DNA of 64,000 nucleotides from Caulobacterales bacterium (GTDB lineage: Bacteria > Pseudomonadota > Alphaproteobacteria > Caulobacterales > Caulobacteraceae), in contig JBBRPN010000002.1 in assembly GCA_038227925.1 (NCBI GenBank), forward strand, positions 12,214-76,213, in the 5' to 3' direction. Within the stretch, counting starts at the first letter, position 1. Each line of letters starts with the position of its first letter. Of the stretch, positions 21,142 to 33,372 are shown piece by piece. A program made the translations under genes and the position numbers. Under the pieces are notes generated by a model, which saw only the letters and a list, made by a program, of their open reading frames with translations, did not search any database and was not told the origin of the DNA.

Positions 21142-21774
21142 TCACGGCAATCCCAGGTATTTGTGGGTCTGGACGCTCAGGCGCCAGCGGGGGTGGGCCA
21201 GGCAATAGGCCACCGCCGCGCGGGTGGCGCCCTCGCGATCGGGACCGTCTAGGGGCTGGAGAAAGAAGCGTTCGAAATCGAGCTCGAGATAGCGCGCCGG
21301 ATCGACGCCGCCTTGCGGATAGACCAGCTTCAGTTCCTGGCCGCGCTTCTGGGCCAGGGGCTCGTCGGCCTTGGGGCTGACGCAGATCCAATCGACGCCC
21401 GGCGGGGCGGCGATCGTCCCGTTGGTCTCGACGGCGACCTCGAAGCCCCGCCCATGCAGGGCCGCGATCAGCGGCGGGTCGAGCTGCAGCAGGGGCTCGC
21501 CGCCGGTGCACACCACCAGCCGGGCGCCGGCGCCGCCCGTCCAGCACCCCTCCACCGCGCCGGCCAGGTCGATCGCCGCCCGGAACTTGCCGCCACCGGG
21601 CCCATCGGTCCCGACGAAATCGGTGTCGCAGAAATCGCAAACGGCGGCGGCGCGATCCGCCTCCCGCCCCGACCACAGGTTGCAGCCCGCGAAACGCAGG
21701 AACACCGCCGGCCGCCCGGCCTGGCCTCCCTCGCCCTGCAGGGTGAGGAATATCTCCTTCACTGAATAGGTCAT
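21142..21774 (-). CDS. queE: 7-carboxy-7-deazaguanine synthase (radical SAM, CX14CX2C type)
   Basis: [26 protein letters not shown]...[13 protein letters not shown] and SVQTHK. The real start is ATG 21774. Confidence 0.93.
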   Translation of the reverse strand: MTYSVKEIFLTLQGEGGQAGRPAVFLRFAGCNLWSGREADRAAAVCDFCDTDFVGTDGPGGGKFRAAIDLAGAVEGCWTGGAGARLVVCTGGEPLLQLDPPLIAALHGRGFEVAVETNGTIAAPPGVDWICVSPKADEPLAQKRGQELKLVYPQGGVDPARYLELDFERFFLQPLDGPDREGATRAAVAYCLAHPRWRLSVQTHKYLGLP

Positions 21775-22511
21775 GGCCAAGCCGCCTGAAAACCGAGCGC
21801 CGGGCGCCCTTGCGCCGTCCACTCGCTCCAGCCGCGCGCCCGCAGGTCGCAAGCCGGGCAAGCGCCGCAGCCGTGGCCCCAGTCGTGGCGGGCCCGCCGC
21901 TCGCCCAGATAGCAGGTGTGGCTGTGGGCGACGACGATCTCGACCAGGGCCTCGCCGCCCAGGCCCTTGGCCAGCGCCCAGGTCTGGGCCTTGGTCAGGG
22001 CCATCAGCGGCGTGGCGATCTCGAACGCCCGCTCCATGCCGAGGTTGAGGGCGCTCTGCAGGGCGTCCAGCGTGGCCCGTCGGCAGTCGGGATAGCCGGA
22101 GTAGTCGGTCTCGCACATGCCGCCGACCAGAACCCTCAGATCGCGGCGGTCGGCCAGGGCGGCGGCGTAGGTGAAGAACAGAAGGTTGCGGCCGGGCACA
22201 TAGGTGGAGGGAAGGCCGCGCGCGTCGATCTCGATGGCGCGGTCGGTCGTCAGCGCGCTCTCGCCGATGGCCCCGAAGGCGCGGATATCGAGCAGGTGGT
22301 CGGGCCCCAGCCGCGCGCTCCAGTCGGGGAAGGCGTGGTGAAGGCCGTCGCGCACCCGATCGCGCGCCTTCAGTTCGACAACGTGCCGCTGGCCGTAGTC
22401 GAAGCCGACCGTCTCGATCCGCGCGTAGCGGTTCAGCGCCCAGGCCACGCAGACGGTGGAATCCTGGCCGCCGGAGAAGAGCACCAGGGCGCTGTCGGAG
22501 GATGAAGCCAT
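21771..22511 (-). CDS. queC: 7-cyano-7-deazaguanine synthase
   Basis: [19 protein letters not shown] and HTCY...CGACPAC. Confidence 0.95.
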   Translation of the reverse strand: MASSSDSALVLFSGGQDSTVCVAWALNRYARIETVGFDYGQRHVVELKARDRVRDGLHHAFPDWSARLGPDHLLDIRAFGAIGESALTTDRAIEIDARGLPSTYVPGRNLLFFTYAAALADRRDLRVLVGGMCETDYSGYPDCRRATLDALQSALNLGMERAFEIATPLMALTKAQTWALAKGLGGEALVEIVVAHSHTCYLGERRARHDWGHGCGACPACDLRARGWSEWTAQGRPALGFQAAWP

Positions 22512-22541
22512 GGGCGCGCGTCTTATACGAGCCCGCCCCCG

Positions 22542-24095
22542 CTAGAAACCAGGCGGCGACCTTCGGGCATGGGTCGCCTGTTCGAAGGCGTAGCCGAGAC
22601 TGAGCAGCCGCGCCTCCGACCACGCCGGGCCGATGAAGGAGAGGCCCACCGGCAGGCCACTTACCTCGCCCATGGGCACGGTGAGGTGCGGATAGCCGGC
22701 CACCGCGGCCAACTGGCCGGCGTCGCCGCTCACCGCATGGTCGCCCAGGATTGGGTCGATTGGCCACGCCGGAGCCAGGGTCGGGGCGACCAGGGCGACG
22801 ATGGCGTTCTTGGCCAGCATCGCGTCGATCCCCTCGGCGCCGGCCATCCGCCGCCCCGTCGCCAGGGCCTTGAGATAGTCCGGGTCGGAGAGTCCCTTGG
22901 TCTTTTCCGAGGCCTCGAACACGTCCTGGCCGAACAGGGCCATCTCCTCGGCCGCGTGCTGGCGGTCGAAGGCGATGAGGTCGGCCAGGGTGCGGGTCTT
23001 CACCTGGACCGGCGAGGTGGACGCCAGATAGCTCGCCACGCCGGTCTTGAACTCGGTGTTGAGAACCATCTGCTCGGCGTCATCCAACGGTTTGCCGCCC
23101 GGATCGTCCTTGATCTCCACCAGAACCGCGCCGGCGGCCCGCAGGCTGGAAAGCGCGGCCTCGAACACCGCGTCGGTCTGGGGATGGAAGCCGGCGGAAA
23201 ACCGCATGACGCCGATCCGCGCGCCCTTGAGCGAACCGGCGTCGAGGGCGGCGGGGTAGTCGATCCTGTGGGCGTCGGCCTCGCGGGTGGCCGGATCGGC
23301 GCCGTCGGTCCCGGCGATCACGGTTAGGAGGATGGCCGCGTCCCGGACCGTCAGGGCGATCGAGCCGGCGGTGTCCTGGCTGACGCTGATCGGCACGATG
23401 TGGGTGCGCGAGACCAGGCCGACGGTGGGCTTCAGTCCGACCAGGCCGTTCACCGCCGCCGGGCAGGTGATCGAGCCGTCGGTCTCGGTGCCGATGGCGG
23501 CGGGGGCGAAGCCGGCCGCCACCGCCGCGGCGCTCCCGGCGCTGGAGCCGCAGGGGCTGCGGCGGGTATCGTAGGGATTGAGTGCCTGGCCGCCCACCGC
23601 GCTCCAGCCGCTGGAGGCATGGGCCGAGCGGAAATTGGCCCATTCCGACAGGTTCGTCTTGCCCAGGATCACCGCCCCGGCGTCGGTGAGCCGCCTGACC
23701 AGTGGCGCGTCGCGGCCGGTGACATTGTCCTTCAGGGCCAGGGACCCCGCAGTGGTCGCCGTGCCGTCGGCCGATTCGATATTGTCCTTCAAAAGGATGG
23801 GTATGCCGTGCAGGGACCCGCGCACATGGCCGGCCGCCCGCTCGGCGTCGAGCTTGCGGGCGTCGGCCAGGGCGTGGGGGTTGAGGACGATGACGGCGTG
23901 AAGCGCCCGTCCCGCGCGGTCGTCCCTGGCGATCTTGCGTTCGAAGGCGGCGGTCAGCCCGGCCGCGGTGACCTGACCGGCGCGCTGGGCCCGTTCCAGC
24001 CCGCCGATCGAGGCGTCCCCCGCCCGCGCGCCGGCCGCGAGGAGAATCAGGGCGCCCGCGCCGACGGCCCAAAGCGGCAAGGTCGTTCTGTCCAT
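22542..24095 (-). CDS. Secreted amidase (amidase-signature family)
   Basis: [32 protein letters not shown] and GTETDGSI, with a signal peptide after ATG 24095. Confidence 0.9.
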   Translation of the reverse strand: MDRTTLPLWAVGAGALILLAAGARAGDASIGGLERAQRAGQVTAAGLTAAFERKIARDDRAGRALHAVIVLNPHALADARKLDAERAAGHVRGSLHGIPILLKDNIESADGTATTAGSLALKDNVTGRDAPLVRRLTDAGAVILGKTNLSEWANFRSAHASSGWSAVGGQALNPYDTRRSPCGSSAGSAAAVAAGFAPAAIGTETDGSITCPAAVNGLVGLKPTVGLVSRTHIVPISVSQDTAGSIALTVRDAAILLTVIAGTDGADPATREADAHRIDYPAALDAGSLKGARIGVMRFSAGFHPQTDAVFEAALSSLRAAGAVLVEIKDDPGGKPLDDAEQMVLNTEFKTGVASYLASTSPVQVKTRTLADLIAFDRQHAAEEMALFGQDVFEASEKTKGLSDPDYLKALATGRRMAGAEGIDAMLAKNAIVALVAPTLAPAWPIDPILGDHAVSGDAGQLAAVAGYPHLTVPMGEVSGLPVGLSFIGPAWSEARLLSLGYAFEQATHARRSPPGF

Positions 24096-24202
24096 GGCCC
24101 ATCGTTCATCGCCCCGCGCGGCTTGGCAAGAGCGGGCGCCGTCGCTATCTGCGGCGCGACTTCCCACCCCTTTCACCTTTTTAAGGACGATCCAGCGCCG
24201 CC

Positions 24203-25864
24203 ATGGCCGCCCAATATATTTTTCAGATGCAGGGTCTTTCGAAGACCTATCCCGGCGGCAAGAAGGTGTTCGAGAACATCTGGCTGTCCTTCTACCCGGA
24301 CGCCAAGATCGGCGTCGTCGGCGTCAACGGCTCGGGCAAATCGACCCTGCTCAAGATCATGGCCGGCCTCGACAAGGAGTTCAACGGCGAGGCCAAGCCG
24401 TTGGAGGGCACCCGGATGGGCTATCTCGAACAGGAACCCCACCTCGACCCCGCCCTCGACGTATGGGGCAATGTCATCGCCTGGTGCGAGGAGAAGAAAA
24501 CCTTCGACGCCTATAACGCCGTCGCCGCCAAGCTGGGCGAGGACTATTCCGAGGCGCTGATGGAGGAGATGACCGCCCTCCAGGAAAAGATCGACGCCGG
24601 CGATCTTTGGGACATCGATTCGAGGATCGAAATGGCCATGGACGCCCTGCGCTGCCCGCCCGATCACGCGCCGGTGAAAAACCTCTCGGGCGGCGAGCGG
24701 CGGCGGGTCGCCCTGGCGCGCCTGCTTCTTTCCAAACCCGACATGCTGCTGCTGGACGAACCCACCAACCACCTGGACGCCGAATCGGTGGCCTGGCTGC
24801 AGCATCATCTGGAGAACTTCCCCGGCTGCGTGATCCTGGTCACCCACGACCGCTATTTCCTCGACCAGGTGACCAAGTGGACGCTGGAGCTCGACCGCGG
24901 CAAGGGTGTCCCCTACGAGGGCAACTACTCCGGTTGGCTGGAACAGAAGGAAAAGCGGGTCCGCCAGGAACAGTCCGAGAGCGAGGCGCGCCAGCGCGCC
25001 ATGGCCCGCGAACTGGAGTGGGTGCGCTCCTCGGCCAAGGCGCGCCAGGCCAAGTCCAAGGCCCGCCTGGCCGCCTACGACGAAATGGTTAACCAGCAGG
25101 AGCGCGAGAAACAGAGCTTCGCCACCATCCAGATTCCCCCCGGCCCGCGCCTCGGCCAGGTGGTGATCGAGGTGGAGGGGCTGGAGAAGGAATACGGCGA
25201 CAAGATCCTGTTCAAGGACCTTTCCTTCAAGCTGCCGCCCAACGGCATCGTGGGCGTGATCGGGCCCAACGGCGCGGGCAAATCGACCCTGTTCAAGCTG
25301 ATCACCGGCCAGGAGACGCCCGACGCCGGCAAGATCCGCCTGGGCGAAACCGTCAAGCTCGCCTACGTCGATCAGAGCCGCGATGACCTGGACGCCGGCA
25401 AGACCGTCTGGCAGGTGATCAGCGGCGGCCTGGACGTGATGAAGATCGGCAATCGCGAACTGGTCAGCCGGTCCTACGTCGGCTCATTCAACTTCAAGGG
25501 CGGCGATCAGCAGAAGAAGGTCGGCCAGCTCTCCGGCGGCGAGCGCAACCGGGTCCACCTGGCCAAGACCTTGACCGAGGGCGGCAACGTCATCCTGCTG
25601 GACGAACCGACCAACGACCTGGACATCGAGACCCTGCAGAACCTCGAGGACGCCCTCGAACAGTTCGCCGGCTGCGCCGTGGTGATCAGCCACGACCGCT
25701 GGTTCCTCGACCGCCTGTGCACCCACATCCTCGCCTTCGAGGGCGACAGCCATGTGGAATGGTTCGAAGGCAATTTCGAAGCCTACGAGGAAGACAAGAA
25801 GCGGCGGCTAGGGGCGGACTCGCTGATCCCGCACCGGATCAAGTTCCAGAAATTTGGGCGGTAG
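24203..25864 (+). CDS. ettA: Energy-dependent translational throttle ABC-F protein
   Basis: Two ABC domains ([18 protein letters not shown]), [10 protein letters not shown] and ELEWVR...RQAKSKARL. Confidence 0.96.
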   Translation: MAAQYIFQMQGLSKTYPGGKKVFENIWLSFYPDAKIGVVGVNGSGKSTLLKIMAGLDKEFNGEAKPLEGTRMGYLEQEPHLDPALDVWGNVIAWCEEKKTFDAYNAVAAKLGEDYSEALMEEMTALQEKIDAGDLWDIDSRIEMAMDALRCPPDHAPVKNLSGGERRRVALARLLLSKPDMLLLDEPTNHLDAESVAWLQHHLENFPGCVILVTHDRYFLDQVTKWTLELDRGKGVPYEGNYSGWLEQKEKRVRQEQSESEARQRAMARELEWVRSSAKARQAKSKARLAAYDEMVNQQEREKQSFATIQIPPGPRLGQVVIEVEGLEKEYGDKILFKDLSFKLPPNGIVGVIGPNGAGKSTLFKLITGQETPDAGKIRLGETVKLAYVDQSRDDLDAGKTVWQVISGGLDVMKIGNRELVSRSYVGSFNFKGGDQQKKVGQLSGGERNRVHLAKTLTEGGNVILLDEPTNDLDIETLQNLEDALEQFAGCAVVISHDRWFLDRLCTHILAFEGDSHVEWFEGNFEAYEEDKKRRLGADSLIPHRIKFQKFGR

Positions 25865-25966
25865 GGAGACGTACGCTGGGTCTTGAATCCGGCGAGTGCC
25901 TCATTTGAAATCCGGGACGATTGACAAGCATGGTATCCGTCACCTGTCGCCCATATGATCGGCTGC

Positions 25967-26134
25967 ATGGCCCCCAAGCTCAAATCTCGGCTCCTCGTGT
26001 TGGTCCCGCTTCTGGTTCTGGTGGCCCTCGTTCAGGTGCTCCTGCGCAATCGGTATGGCGCGGGACTCGTGGCCGCCGTGTCGGTGGCGCTCCTCCTCCA
26101 AGTCTACGTCTTTGGAAAGAAGCCAGATGCCTGA
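25967..26134 (+). CDS. Small two-TM membrane protein (55 aa; 59 aa from ATG 25955)
   Basis: Manual translation MAPKLKSRLLVLVPLLVLVALVQVLLRNRYGAGLVAAVSVALLLQVYVFGKKPDA. Below the ORF-track cutoff. Confidence 0.55.
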   Translation: MAPKLKSRLLVLVPLLVLVALVQVLLRNRYGAGLVAAVSVALLLQVYVFGKKPDA

Positions 26135-26381
26135 GGGACCCCAAGGTCAGAAACGCCCCGGCGACATGATCGCTGGAGCCTCCGTGGTCGCCAAGATCGC
26201 CACTGGCAAGATTCCTGTCGAGCAGGGCCGCCCGATAACCGAAGAGGACATCCGATGGCTGCGCCAACGTCGGGTGCGGCTGGCGGCCCCGGATCGCGAT
26301 CCCCCCAACTTCGTTGAGCGGATGAGGGACGAAGACGATGAGCGTCTACTTCGACGCGAGTGCGGTGACGCTGATATTTGA
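26127..26381 (+). pseudogene. Chimeric ORF: N-terminus of a mobile-element-associated small protein (MPEGPQGQKRP...) joined to an antitoxin-like C-terminus
   Basis: MPEGPQGQKRPGDMIAGASVVAKIATG followed by ITEEDIRWLRQRRV...VERMRDED. Overlaps a VapC-like start. Family assignment is from recall. Confidence 0.45.
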
Positions 26382-26394
26382 GCCGGCCGTTGTT
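26338..26394 (+). pseudogene. Truncated PIN/VapC toxin 5' fragment
   Basis: MSVYFDASAV is a typical PIN first strand with the catalytic Asp. Similarity ends after about 15 codons, near a palindromic repeat. Confidence 0.5.
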
Positions 26395-26517
26395 CTCTCT
26401 TCCCCCTCTGGGGGAAGTGGCGCGAAGCGCCGAAGGGGGCTCTCGCCAGGTCAATTCTCGCTCGGCGAGGCCCCCATCCCCGGCTTCGCCGGCACTTCCC
26501 CCAAAGGGGGAAGAGAG
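26395..26517. repeat. CIR/RIME-like palindromic repeat (variant)
   Basis: CTCTCTTCCCCC...GGGGGAAGAGAG terminal arms, with internal GGCGCGAAGCGCC and CCGGCTTCGCCGG hairpins. Confidence 0.75.
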
Positions 26518-26599
26518 GCGCGTAGATGAAAGCGCCGATCTGATTGATCCTTGCGCTTGCCGCCTGTAACAGGCGTTTGAATTTCAGAGGAACCCCCCC

Positions 26600-28678
26600 A
26601 TGACCGCCATCAACGCCGTGACCGACTATGCGCTGGAGGGCGAGGTCGGCGTCATCACGCTCAATTCGCCGCCGGTGAACGCCCTTTCCGCCGCGGTGCG
26701 CGACGGGATCGTCGGGGGGATGGAAAAGGCGGTGGGCGATCCGGGCGCCAAGGCGATCGTCCTCATCTGCGAGGGGCGGACCTTCATCGCCGGGGCCGAC
26801 ATCACCGAATTCGGCGGGCCGATGAAGGGGGCGAGCCTGTTCGCGGTCGAGGACGCCATCGAGGGCGCGGCGAAGCCGGTGATCGCCGCCATTCACGGGA
26901 CCGCCCTGGGCGGCGGGCTGGAGGTGGCGCTCGCCTGCCACTACCGCGTCGCCGTTCCCTCGGCGAAGTGCGGCCTGCCCGAAGTCGCCTTGGGCCTGCT
27001 GCCCGGAGCCGGCGGCACCCAACGTCTGCCGCGCATCGTCGGGGTGGAAAAGGCCCTGACCATGGTGACCAGCGGCCAGCATGTTCCCGCCAAACAATGC
27101 CTGGACATGGGCCTGGTCGATGAGATCGTCCCGGAAGGCGAACTGCGCGCCGGCGCGGTCGCCTTCGCCCGCAAGGTGATCGCGGAAAGCCGGCCGCTCA
27201 AGAAGGTCCGCGACCTGAACGACAAGGTCGAGGCGGCGCGCGGCCATCCGGAGATCTTCGCCGATTTCCGCAAAGCCAACGCCCGCAAGTTCCGTGGCTT
27301 CCTGGCCCCCGAAAACAATATCCGCTGCATCGAGGCGGCGGTGAACGAGCCGTTCGAGGAGGGGCTCAAGACCGAGCGCAAGCTGTTCATGGAGCTGATG
27401 ACTGGCCCGCAGAGCGCCGCCCAGCGCTACGCCTTCTTCGCCGAGCGCCAGGCGGCCAAGATTCCCGACGTGCCCGACGACACGCCGCTCATCGCGATCA
27501 ACAGCGTCGGCGTTCTGGGCGCGGGCACCATGGGCGGCGGCATCGCCATGAATTTCGCCAGCGCCGGCATTCCGGTGACGATCGTGGAGGTGAAACAGGA
27601 TGCCCTCGACCGCGGCCTCGCCACCATCCGCAAGAACTATGAGCGCACGGCGGCGCGCGGCGGCATCACCGCCGCCGAGGTGGAAAAGCGGGTCGGCCTG
27701 ATCGCCGGCTCTCTCGACATGACCGCCTTCAAGGGTGCCGACCTGGTCATCGAGGCGGTGTTCGAGCGCATGGATATCAAGAAGGACGTGTTCGCCAAGC
27801 TGGATGCGATCTGCAAGCCGGGGGCGATTCTCGCCACCAACACCTCCTATCTGAACATCGACGAGATCGCCTCGGCGACCAAACGGCCGGAGTGGGTGAT
27901 CGGTCTGCACTTCTTCTCGCCGGCCAATGTGATGAGGCTCCTGGAGGTGATCCGGGCCGATCACACCTCCAAGAGCGTCATCGCCACCTGCATGAAACTG
28001 GCCAAGAAGATCGGCAAGGTGGCGGTGCTGGTCGGCGTCGCGCCGGGGTTCGTGGGCAACCGCATGCTGGCCCAGCGCCAGCGCGAGGCTCAGAAGCTGG
28101 TCATGGAGGGGGCCATGCCGTGGGACATCGACCGCGTCCTCTACGATTTCGGCTTTCCCATGGGTCCCTTCGCCATGAGCGACCTGGCGGGGCTGGACAT
28201 CGGCTGGGTCAAGGAGGCTTCCAAGGGCGAGACCATCCGTGATGTCCTCTGCGAAATGGACCGCCGCGGCCAGAAGACCGGGGCCGGCTACTACGACTAC
28301 GACGACAACCGCGTCGCCCATCCTTCGCCGGTGACCGAGAAGATCATCAAGGACTTCGCCGCCAAATCGGGGGTGAATCCGCGACACATCGCCGACGAGG
28401 AAATCCTGGAGCGCTGCGTCTATCCGATGATCAACGAGGGGGCGAAGATCCTGGAGGAGGGCAAGGCCATCCGCGCCTCGGACATCGATGTGGTGTGGGA
28501 GAACGGCTACGGCTGGCCGGTGTATCGCGGCGGCCCGATGTTCTTCGGCGACCAGATCGGCCTGGACAAGGTTCTGGACAAGATGAAGGCCTTCCAGGCC
28601 CAGATGGGAGACGCCTTCAGGCCGTCCGCCCTGCTGGAACGGCTGGTCGCCAATGGCAAGGGCTTCCAGAGCCTCTAA
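26600..28678 (+). CDS. Bifunctional enoyl-CoA hydratase / 3-hydroxyacyl-CoA dehydrogenase (PimF/FadB-like)
   Basis: [34 protein letters not shown] and HFFSPAN. Confidence 0.93.
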   Translation: MTAINAVTDYALEGEVGVITLNSPPVNALSAAVRDGIVGGMEKAVGDPGAKAIVLICEGRTFIAGADITEFGGPMKGASLFAVEDAIEGAAKPVIAAIHGTALGGGLEVALACHYRVAVPSAKCGLPEVALGLLPGAGGTQRLPRIVGVEKALTMVTSGQHVPAKQCLDMGLVDEIVPEGELRAGAVAFARKVIAESRPLKKVRDLNDKVEAARGHPEIFADFRKANARKFRGFLAPENNIRCIEAAVNEPFEEGLKTERKLFMELMTGPQSAAQRYAFFAERQAAKIPDVPDDTPLIAINSVGVLGAGTMGGGIAMNFASAGIPVTIVEVKQDALDRGLATIRKNYERTAARGGITAAEVEKRVGLIAGSLDMTAFKGADLVIEAVFERMDIKKDVFAKLDAICKPGAILATNTSYLNIDEIASATKRPEWVIGLHFFSPANVMRLLEVIRADHTSKSVIATCMKLAKKIGKVAVLVGVAPGFVGNRMLAQRQREAQKLVMEGAMPWDIDRVLYDFGFPMGPFAMSDLAGLDIGWVKEASKGETIRDVLCEMDRRGQKTGAGYYDYDDNRVAHPSPVTEKIIKDFAAKSGVNPRHIADEEILERCVYPMINEGAKILEEGKAIRASDIDVVWENGYGWPVYRGGPMFFGDQIGLDKVLDKMKAFQAQMGDAFRPSALLERLVANGKGFQSL

Positions 28679-31600
28679 TGGAAGTCCCGGCTGCGGACGA
28701 GCCGGGCGACCGGCCCGCCTTCATTCTTCATCTCGGCCAGACGCCCTGACAGGTCGGTGAAGCGCTCGGCGACCACGTGGATCACCTCGCCCGCCCGTTG
28801 CAGGCGGCCGTGGACGACCAGGAAGGCAGAACCCATCACCGCCCGCCGGTTGGCGGTGAACACATCCCGCCAGACCACCGCGTTGGCCGAGCCGGTCTCG
28901 TCCTCCAGGGTGACGAACACCACGCCCTTGGCCGTCCCCGGCCGCTGGCGGATCAGCACCAGGCCGCCGACGCTTAACCGGCGCCCGTCTTTCATGTCCT
29001 TGAGGCCGGCGGCCGTGACCGCGCCCAGGCCGGTCAGCAGCGGCCGGAAGAAGGCGCAGGGATGGGCCTTCAACGACAGGCCGGCGGTGCGGTAGTCCTC
29101 GGCCACATGGGCCGGCAGAGCCATGGCCGGCAGGTCGAAGTCTCCTTCGGCCGACGGCCCCATCAGGGCCAGCAGCGGCGCCTGGGCTTCCACCTTGACC
29201 TCCGGCGCCAGAGCCTTCACCGCCCACAACCCGGCGCGGCGGTCCATGCCCAGGGAGCGCAGGGCGTCGGCCTCGGCGAGCAATTCCAGGCTCTGGCGGC
29301 TCAAGTTCGCGCGCCGGGCGAGGTCCTCGAGGGTGCGCGCGCCGGCCGCCCGCGCCTCGACCAGCCGCTCGGCCTCTTCCCGCTTGAGGCCGCGAATCTG
29401 GCGCAGACCCAGGCGGACGGCGCTTTGCCGGATGAGTTGCGCGCCGTCCCCTACGCTTCCCAATTCCTCCAGCCCACTATCCCACCCGCTCGCCATCACG
29501 TCCGCCGCCCGCACCTCGACGCCGTGCTCGCGGGCGTCGCGGACCAGTTGGGCGGCCTGGTAGAAGCCCATGGGCTGGCTGTTGAGCATGGCGGCGCAGA
29601 AGACGTCCGGGTGATGGTGTTTGATCCACGCCGAGACGTAGACCAGCTTGGCGAAACTCACCGCGTGGCTCTCGGGGAAACCGTAGGAGCCGAAGCCCTC
29701 GATCTGGCGAAAGCAGCGTTGGGCGAAGTCGCGGTCATAGCCGCGCGCCACCATGCCCCCGATGAACTTCTCGCCGTAGACGCCCACCCCGCCGTGGTGA
29801 CGGAAGGTGGCCATGGACCGCCGCAGGCCGTTGGCCTCCTCGGGGGTGAATTTGGCCGCCTCGATGGCCAGGCGCATGGCCTGTTCCTGGAACAGCGGCA
29901 CGCCCAGGGTCTTGCCGAGCACCGCCTTCAGTTCATCGGCGGGTCCATGCTCGGGCGAGGGCGCGGGATAGTCCACCGCCTCGATCCCCTCGCGGCGGCG
30001 AAGATAGGGGTGGACCATGTCGCCTTGGATGGGGCCGGGCCGCACGATCGCCACCTCGATCACCAGATCGTAGAATTTTCGCGGTTTGAGGCGCGGCAGC
30101 ATGGACATCTGGGCGCGGCTCTCCACCTGGAACACCCCCACCGAATCGGCCCGGCTCAGCATGTCGTAGACGCCCCGGTCTCCCTCGGGGATGTCGGCCA
30201 TGTCGGCGATCCCCAGGGCGTCCATGGCCTTCTTGATGGCGGTGAGCATGCCGAGCGCCAGGACATCGACCTTCATCAGGCCCAGGGCGTCGATGTCGTC
30301 CTTGTCCCACTCCAGAAAGGTGCGGTCCTTCATGGCGGCGTTGCCGATCGGCACGGTCTCGTCCAGCCGCCGCTTGGTGAGCACGAAGCCGCCCACGTGC
30401 TGCGACAGGTGGCGGGGAAAGCCGAGGATCTCGCCGGCCAGGGCGGTGGCCCGGCGGATGTCCGGGCTTTGCGGATCCAGTCCGGCCTGGCGGATGTGAT
30501 CGTCGGGGATGCCGTCGCCCCAGGTTCCCCAGACCGTCCCCGCCAGCGCCGCGGTGACATCCTCGGTCAGGCCCAAGGCTTTGCCGACATCGCGGATGGC
30601 GCTGCGCGGGCGATAGTGGATGACGGTGGCGCAGATGGCCGCCCGCTCGCGGCCGTATCGTTCGTACACATACTGCATCACCTCCTCGCGCCGCTCGTGT
30701 TCGAAATCGACGTCGATGTCCGGCGGTTCGTCGCGCTCCCTGGAGATGAAGCGCGCGAAGAGGAGATCGTGGTCGGGCGCGGTGGGATCGACCGCCGTGA
30801 CGCCCAGACAGAAACAGACCACCGAATTGGCCGCCGAGCCCCGTCCCTGGCAGAGGATGCCCTGCCCCCTGGCCCAATGGACGATGTCATGGACGGTGAG
30901 GAAATAGTTGGGGTAGTTCAGCTCCTCGATCAGGGCGAGTTCGTGCCGCAGGGTCGCCTTCACCGTCTCCGGCGCGCCGGCCGGATAGCGCCAGTCCGCC
31001 CCCGCCCAGGCCAGATCGGTGAGATGGGCGATGGCGCTCTTGCCCGGCGGCACGGGCTCGTCGGGATATTCGTATTTGAGTTGGCCCAGATCGAAGCCGA
31101 TCCGCCCCGCCACCTCGACGGTTCGCGCCACCGCCTCCGGCCAGCGGGCGAACAGCCGGGCCATCTCGGCCGGCGATTTGACATGCCGCTCGGCGTTGGC
31201 TTCCAGCCGCGGGCCCGCTTCGGTGATGACGCAGCCCTCGCGGATGCAGGTGAGGATGTCCTGTAGGGGCCGGCGCTCGGGGCCGTGATAGAGGACATCG
31301 TTGACGGCCACCATCGGCGCGCCGGCTTCGCGGGCCAGGGCGTCGAGAGCGGCCAGGCGCTTCAAATCCTGGGCGGCGTAGGGTCGGGCGGCGGCCAGCC
31401 AGGCGCGGCCCAAGAATTCCCCCGCGACGCGTTTCAGGGCGGCCTCGAAGGCGCCGTCCAGGCGCGGCGGCGGGACCACCAGGATCAACTGCCCCTCGCC
31501 ATGCTCCATTAGATCGCCGCCGATGAGGTGGCATTCGCCCTTCTTGGCTCGCCGCTGGCCCACGGTGAGCAGGCGGGTCAGCCGCCCCCACGCCTCCCGG

Positions 31601-31845
31601 TCGGCGGGATAGCAGAGCACGCTCGGCGTCCCGTCGGCGAAGTCCAGGCGGGCGCCGGTGAGCACCCTTTGGCCGATCTCCCGCCCCTTGGCCCACGCCC
31701 GCACCACGCCCGCCACCGTGTTGCGGTCGGCGATCCCGATCGCCGCCAACCCCAGCGCCTTGGCGGCGATCACCAACTCCTCCGGATGCGAGGCGCCGCG
31801 CAGAAAGTCGTAGTTGGTGGTGGCTTGGAGTTCGGCGTAGGTCAT
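28675..31845 (-). CDS. dnaE2: Error-prone DNA polymerase (ImuC)
   Basis: PHP domain, [32 protein letters not shown] and the C-terminal SRDFH signature. Confidence 0.96.
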   Translation of the reverse strand: MTYAELQATTNYDFLRGASHPEELVIAAKALGLAAIGIADRNTVAGVVRAWAKGREIGQRVLTGARLDFADGTPSVLCYPADREAWGRLTRLLTVGQRRAKKGECHLIGGDLMEHGEGQLILVVPPPRLDGAFEAALKRVAGEFLGRAWLAAARPYAAQDLKRLAALDALAREAGAPMVAVNDVLYHGPERRPLQDILTCIREGCVITEAGPRLEANAERHVKSPAEMARLFARWPEAVARTVEVAGRIGFDLGQLKYEYPDEPVPPGKSAIAHLTDLAWAGADWRYPAGAPETVKATLRHELALIEELNYPNYFLTVHDIVHWARGQGILCQGRGSAANSVVCFCLGVTAVDPTAPDHDLLFARFISRERDEPPDIDVDFEHERREEVMQYVYERYGRERAAICATVIHYRPRSAIRDVGKALGLTEDVTAALAGTVWGTWGDGIPDDHIRQAGLDPQSPDIRRATALAGEILGFPRHLSQHVGGFVLTKRRLDETVPIGNAAMKDRTFLEWDKDDIDALGLMKVDVLALGMLTAIKKAMDALGIADMADIPEGDRGVYDMLSRADSVGVFQVESRAQMSMLPRLKPRKFYDLVIEVAIVRPGPIQGDMVHPYLRRREGIEAVDYPAPSPEHGPADELKAVLGKTLGVPLFQEQAMRLAIEAAKFTPEEANGLRRSMATFRHHGGVGVYGEKFIGGMVARGYDRDFAQRCFRQIEGFGSYGFPESHAVSFAKLVYVSAWIKHHHPDVFCAAMLNSQPMGFYQAAQLVRDAREHGVEVRAADVMASGWDSGLEELGSVGDGAQLIRQSAVRLGLRQIRGLKREEAERLVEARAAGARTLEDLARRANLSRQSLELLAEADALRSLGMDRRAGLWAVKALAPEVKVEAQAPLLALMGPSAEGDFDLPAMALPAHVAEDYRTAGLSLKAHPCAFFRPLLTGLGAVTAAGLKDMKDGRRLSVGGLVLIRQRPGTAKGVVFVTLEDETGSANAVVWRDVFTANRRAVMGSAFLVVHGRLQRAGEVIHVVAERFTDLSGRLAEMKNEGGPVARLVRSRDFH

Positions 31846-31848
31846 GGC

Positions 31849-33372
31849 TCAGCCAAACAGGCCATGCAGCCACCATTTGGCGGGTGCGCCTCCGGTGTGG
31901 AGGCCGGCGCGGAAGAGCCAGAAGCGGCCACCCGCCTCGTCCTCGACCCGGTAGTAGTCGCGGACCAGGACGGGATCGGCGGCTTGGTCGAAGGCCACGC
32001 GCCACCATTCCCACGCCAGGCGCTCGGGGCCCTCGGCGCGGCGGACGCGATGGGCCACGCCCCGCCAGCGGAAAAAGACCGGCGGATCGTCGGGAACCGG
32101 GGCGATGGCCTCGATGGGTTCGGGGCGGCTGAACAGGCGCAGGGGACGGGGCCGCTTCAAGTCCCATGTCTCATTTTCCGACTCCGACAGGGGCGGGCGG
32201 CGAGCCGTCGCGCGTTCGGGAGCGTGGCTGGGATAAGGTTCGGCGCGCCAGACGGCCGCCGCTCCCAGGCGACCGGCAAGACGGTCGATCAGGGGCGCGA
32301 TCCCTTCCTCCAGCGCGATCCGCGCGCCATCGTCCAGGGATGGCTGGCGCGGCGAGAGGCGCTCGACCGCCTCGGCGGCCAGGGTGACCACCTCGATTCC
32401 GAAGCCGGGATCGACGCTCTCCAGATGCGGCGCGAACAGGCGGCCGATGCGATCCGCCTCGCGGCCGGCCAGGGAAAGGCCGACGCAAAGGCGCTGGGCC
32501 ATGCCGTCCAGGCGATGGAAACAGAGTTCGAAACGCCGCGCTCCCCGGCCCTCGGCCTCCAGGCGCGCGCAGAGCAGGCCGGCGATGTCGCCGGCGGCGC
32601 GGGCCAGATCGCCCGGCGTGCTGATCGGCTCGGCGAAGGCCAGGCGCGCGAACCAGGGATTGGGCGGGCGGCGGAAGACGAGCGCCTCGCGGGCGCGGCC
32701 CATCGCCTGATCCAGGCGCCGCACAACCTCCGGGCCGAAGCGGCGGGTGAGCTGGTCGCGCGGCGTCCCGGCCAGAGCCCCGACGGTGGTCAGGCCCAGG
32801 CGGGCGAGCTGGGCGGCGGTCTCGCCTTCCAGGCGCAAGGCGGCCGTCGGCAGAGGGGCCAAGCGGGCCATTTCTTCCCCCGGCGCGGCGATCGTCGTCC
32901 CCGCGCCGAAATGGGCCAGCGCCCAGGCCGCGCCGTCGGCGCCCGCCACCGCCACGCGCACCGGAATGCCGCTCGCCGCCAGGCGCGCCGTCAGGTCGCC
33001 CGCCATCGCCGCCTCGCCGCCCCACAGATTGGCGACGCCGGTGATGTCCAGGATGAGGCCGTCCGGCGGATCGAGGGCCACGGCGGGCGAAAAACGCGCG
33101 CACCAGTCGCTCAAGGCCTCGAGCGCCGCCCGGTCAGCGGCCGGATCGGCCTCGGCGGTGGCGAGCCCCGGAACCAGGGCGGTCGCGTCCGTCGCCTTTT
33201 GGCCGACGAACAGCCCCAGCGCCGCCGCCCCCTCGTCCACCGCCGCCAGCCGCCGCGCCCCGTGCTCGACGGCGACCAGGGCGAAGGCTTCACCCGGCGA
33301 GGCGCAGGCGTTGCGCCGTCTCCAGTTGGCGATCGCCCAGGCGGGCGACCACACGCAGAGGATACGCTCCAT
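31849..33372 (-). CDS. imuB: Inactive Y-family polymerase ImuB
   Basis: PDGLILDITG and the C-terminal GPERLAWEWW...RDYYRVED...WLHGLFG. Confidence 0.92.
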   Translation of the reverse strand: MERILCVWSPAWAIANWRRRNACASPGEAFALVAVEHGARRLAAVDEGAAALGLFVGQKATDATALVPGLATAEADPAADRAALEALSDWCARFSPAVALDPPDGLILDITGVANLWGGEAAMAGDLTARLAASGIPVRVAVAGADGAAWALAHFGAGTTIAAPGEEMARLAPLPTAALRLEGETAAQLARLGLTTVGALAGTPRDQLTRRFGPEVVRRLDQAMGRAREALVFRRPPNPWFARLAFAEPISTPGDLARAAGDIAGLLCARLEAEGRGARRFELCFHRLDGMAQRLCVGLSLAGREADRIGRLFAPHLESVDPGFGIEVVTLAAEAVERLSPRQPSLDDGARIALEEGIAPLIDRLAGRLGAAAVWRAEPYPSHAPERATARRPPLSESENETWDLKRPRPLRLFSRPEPIEAIAPVPDDPPVFFRWRGVAHRVRRAEGPERLAWEWWRVAFDQAADPVLVRDYYRVEDEAGGRFWLFRAGLHTGGAPAKWWLHGLFG

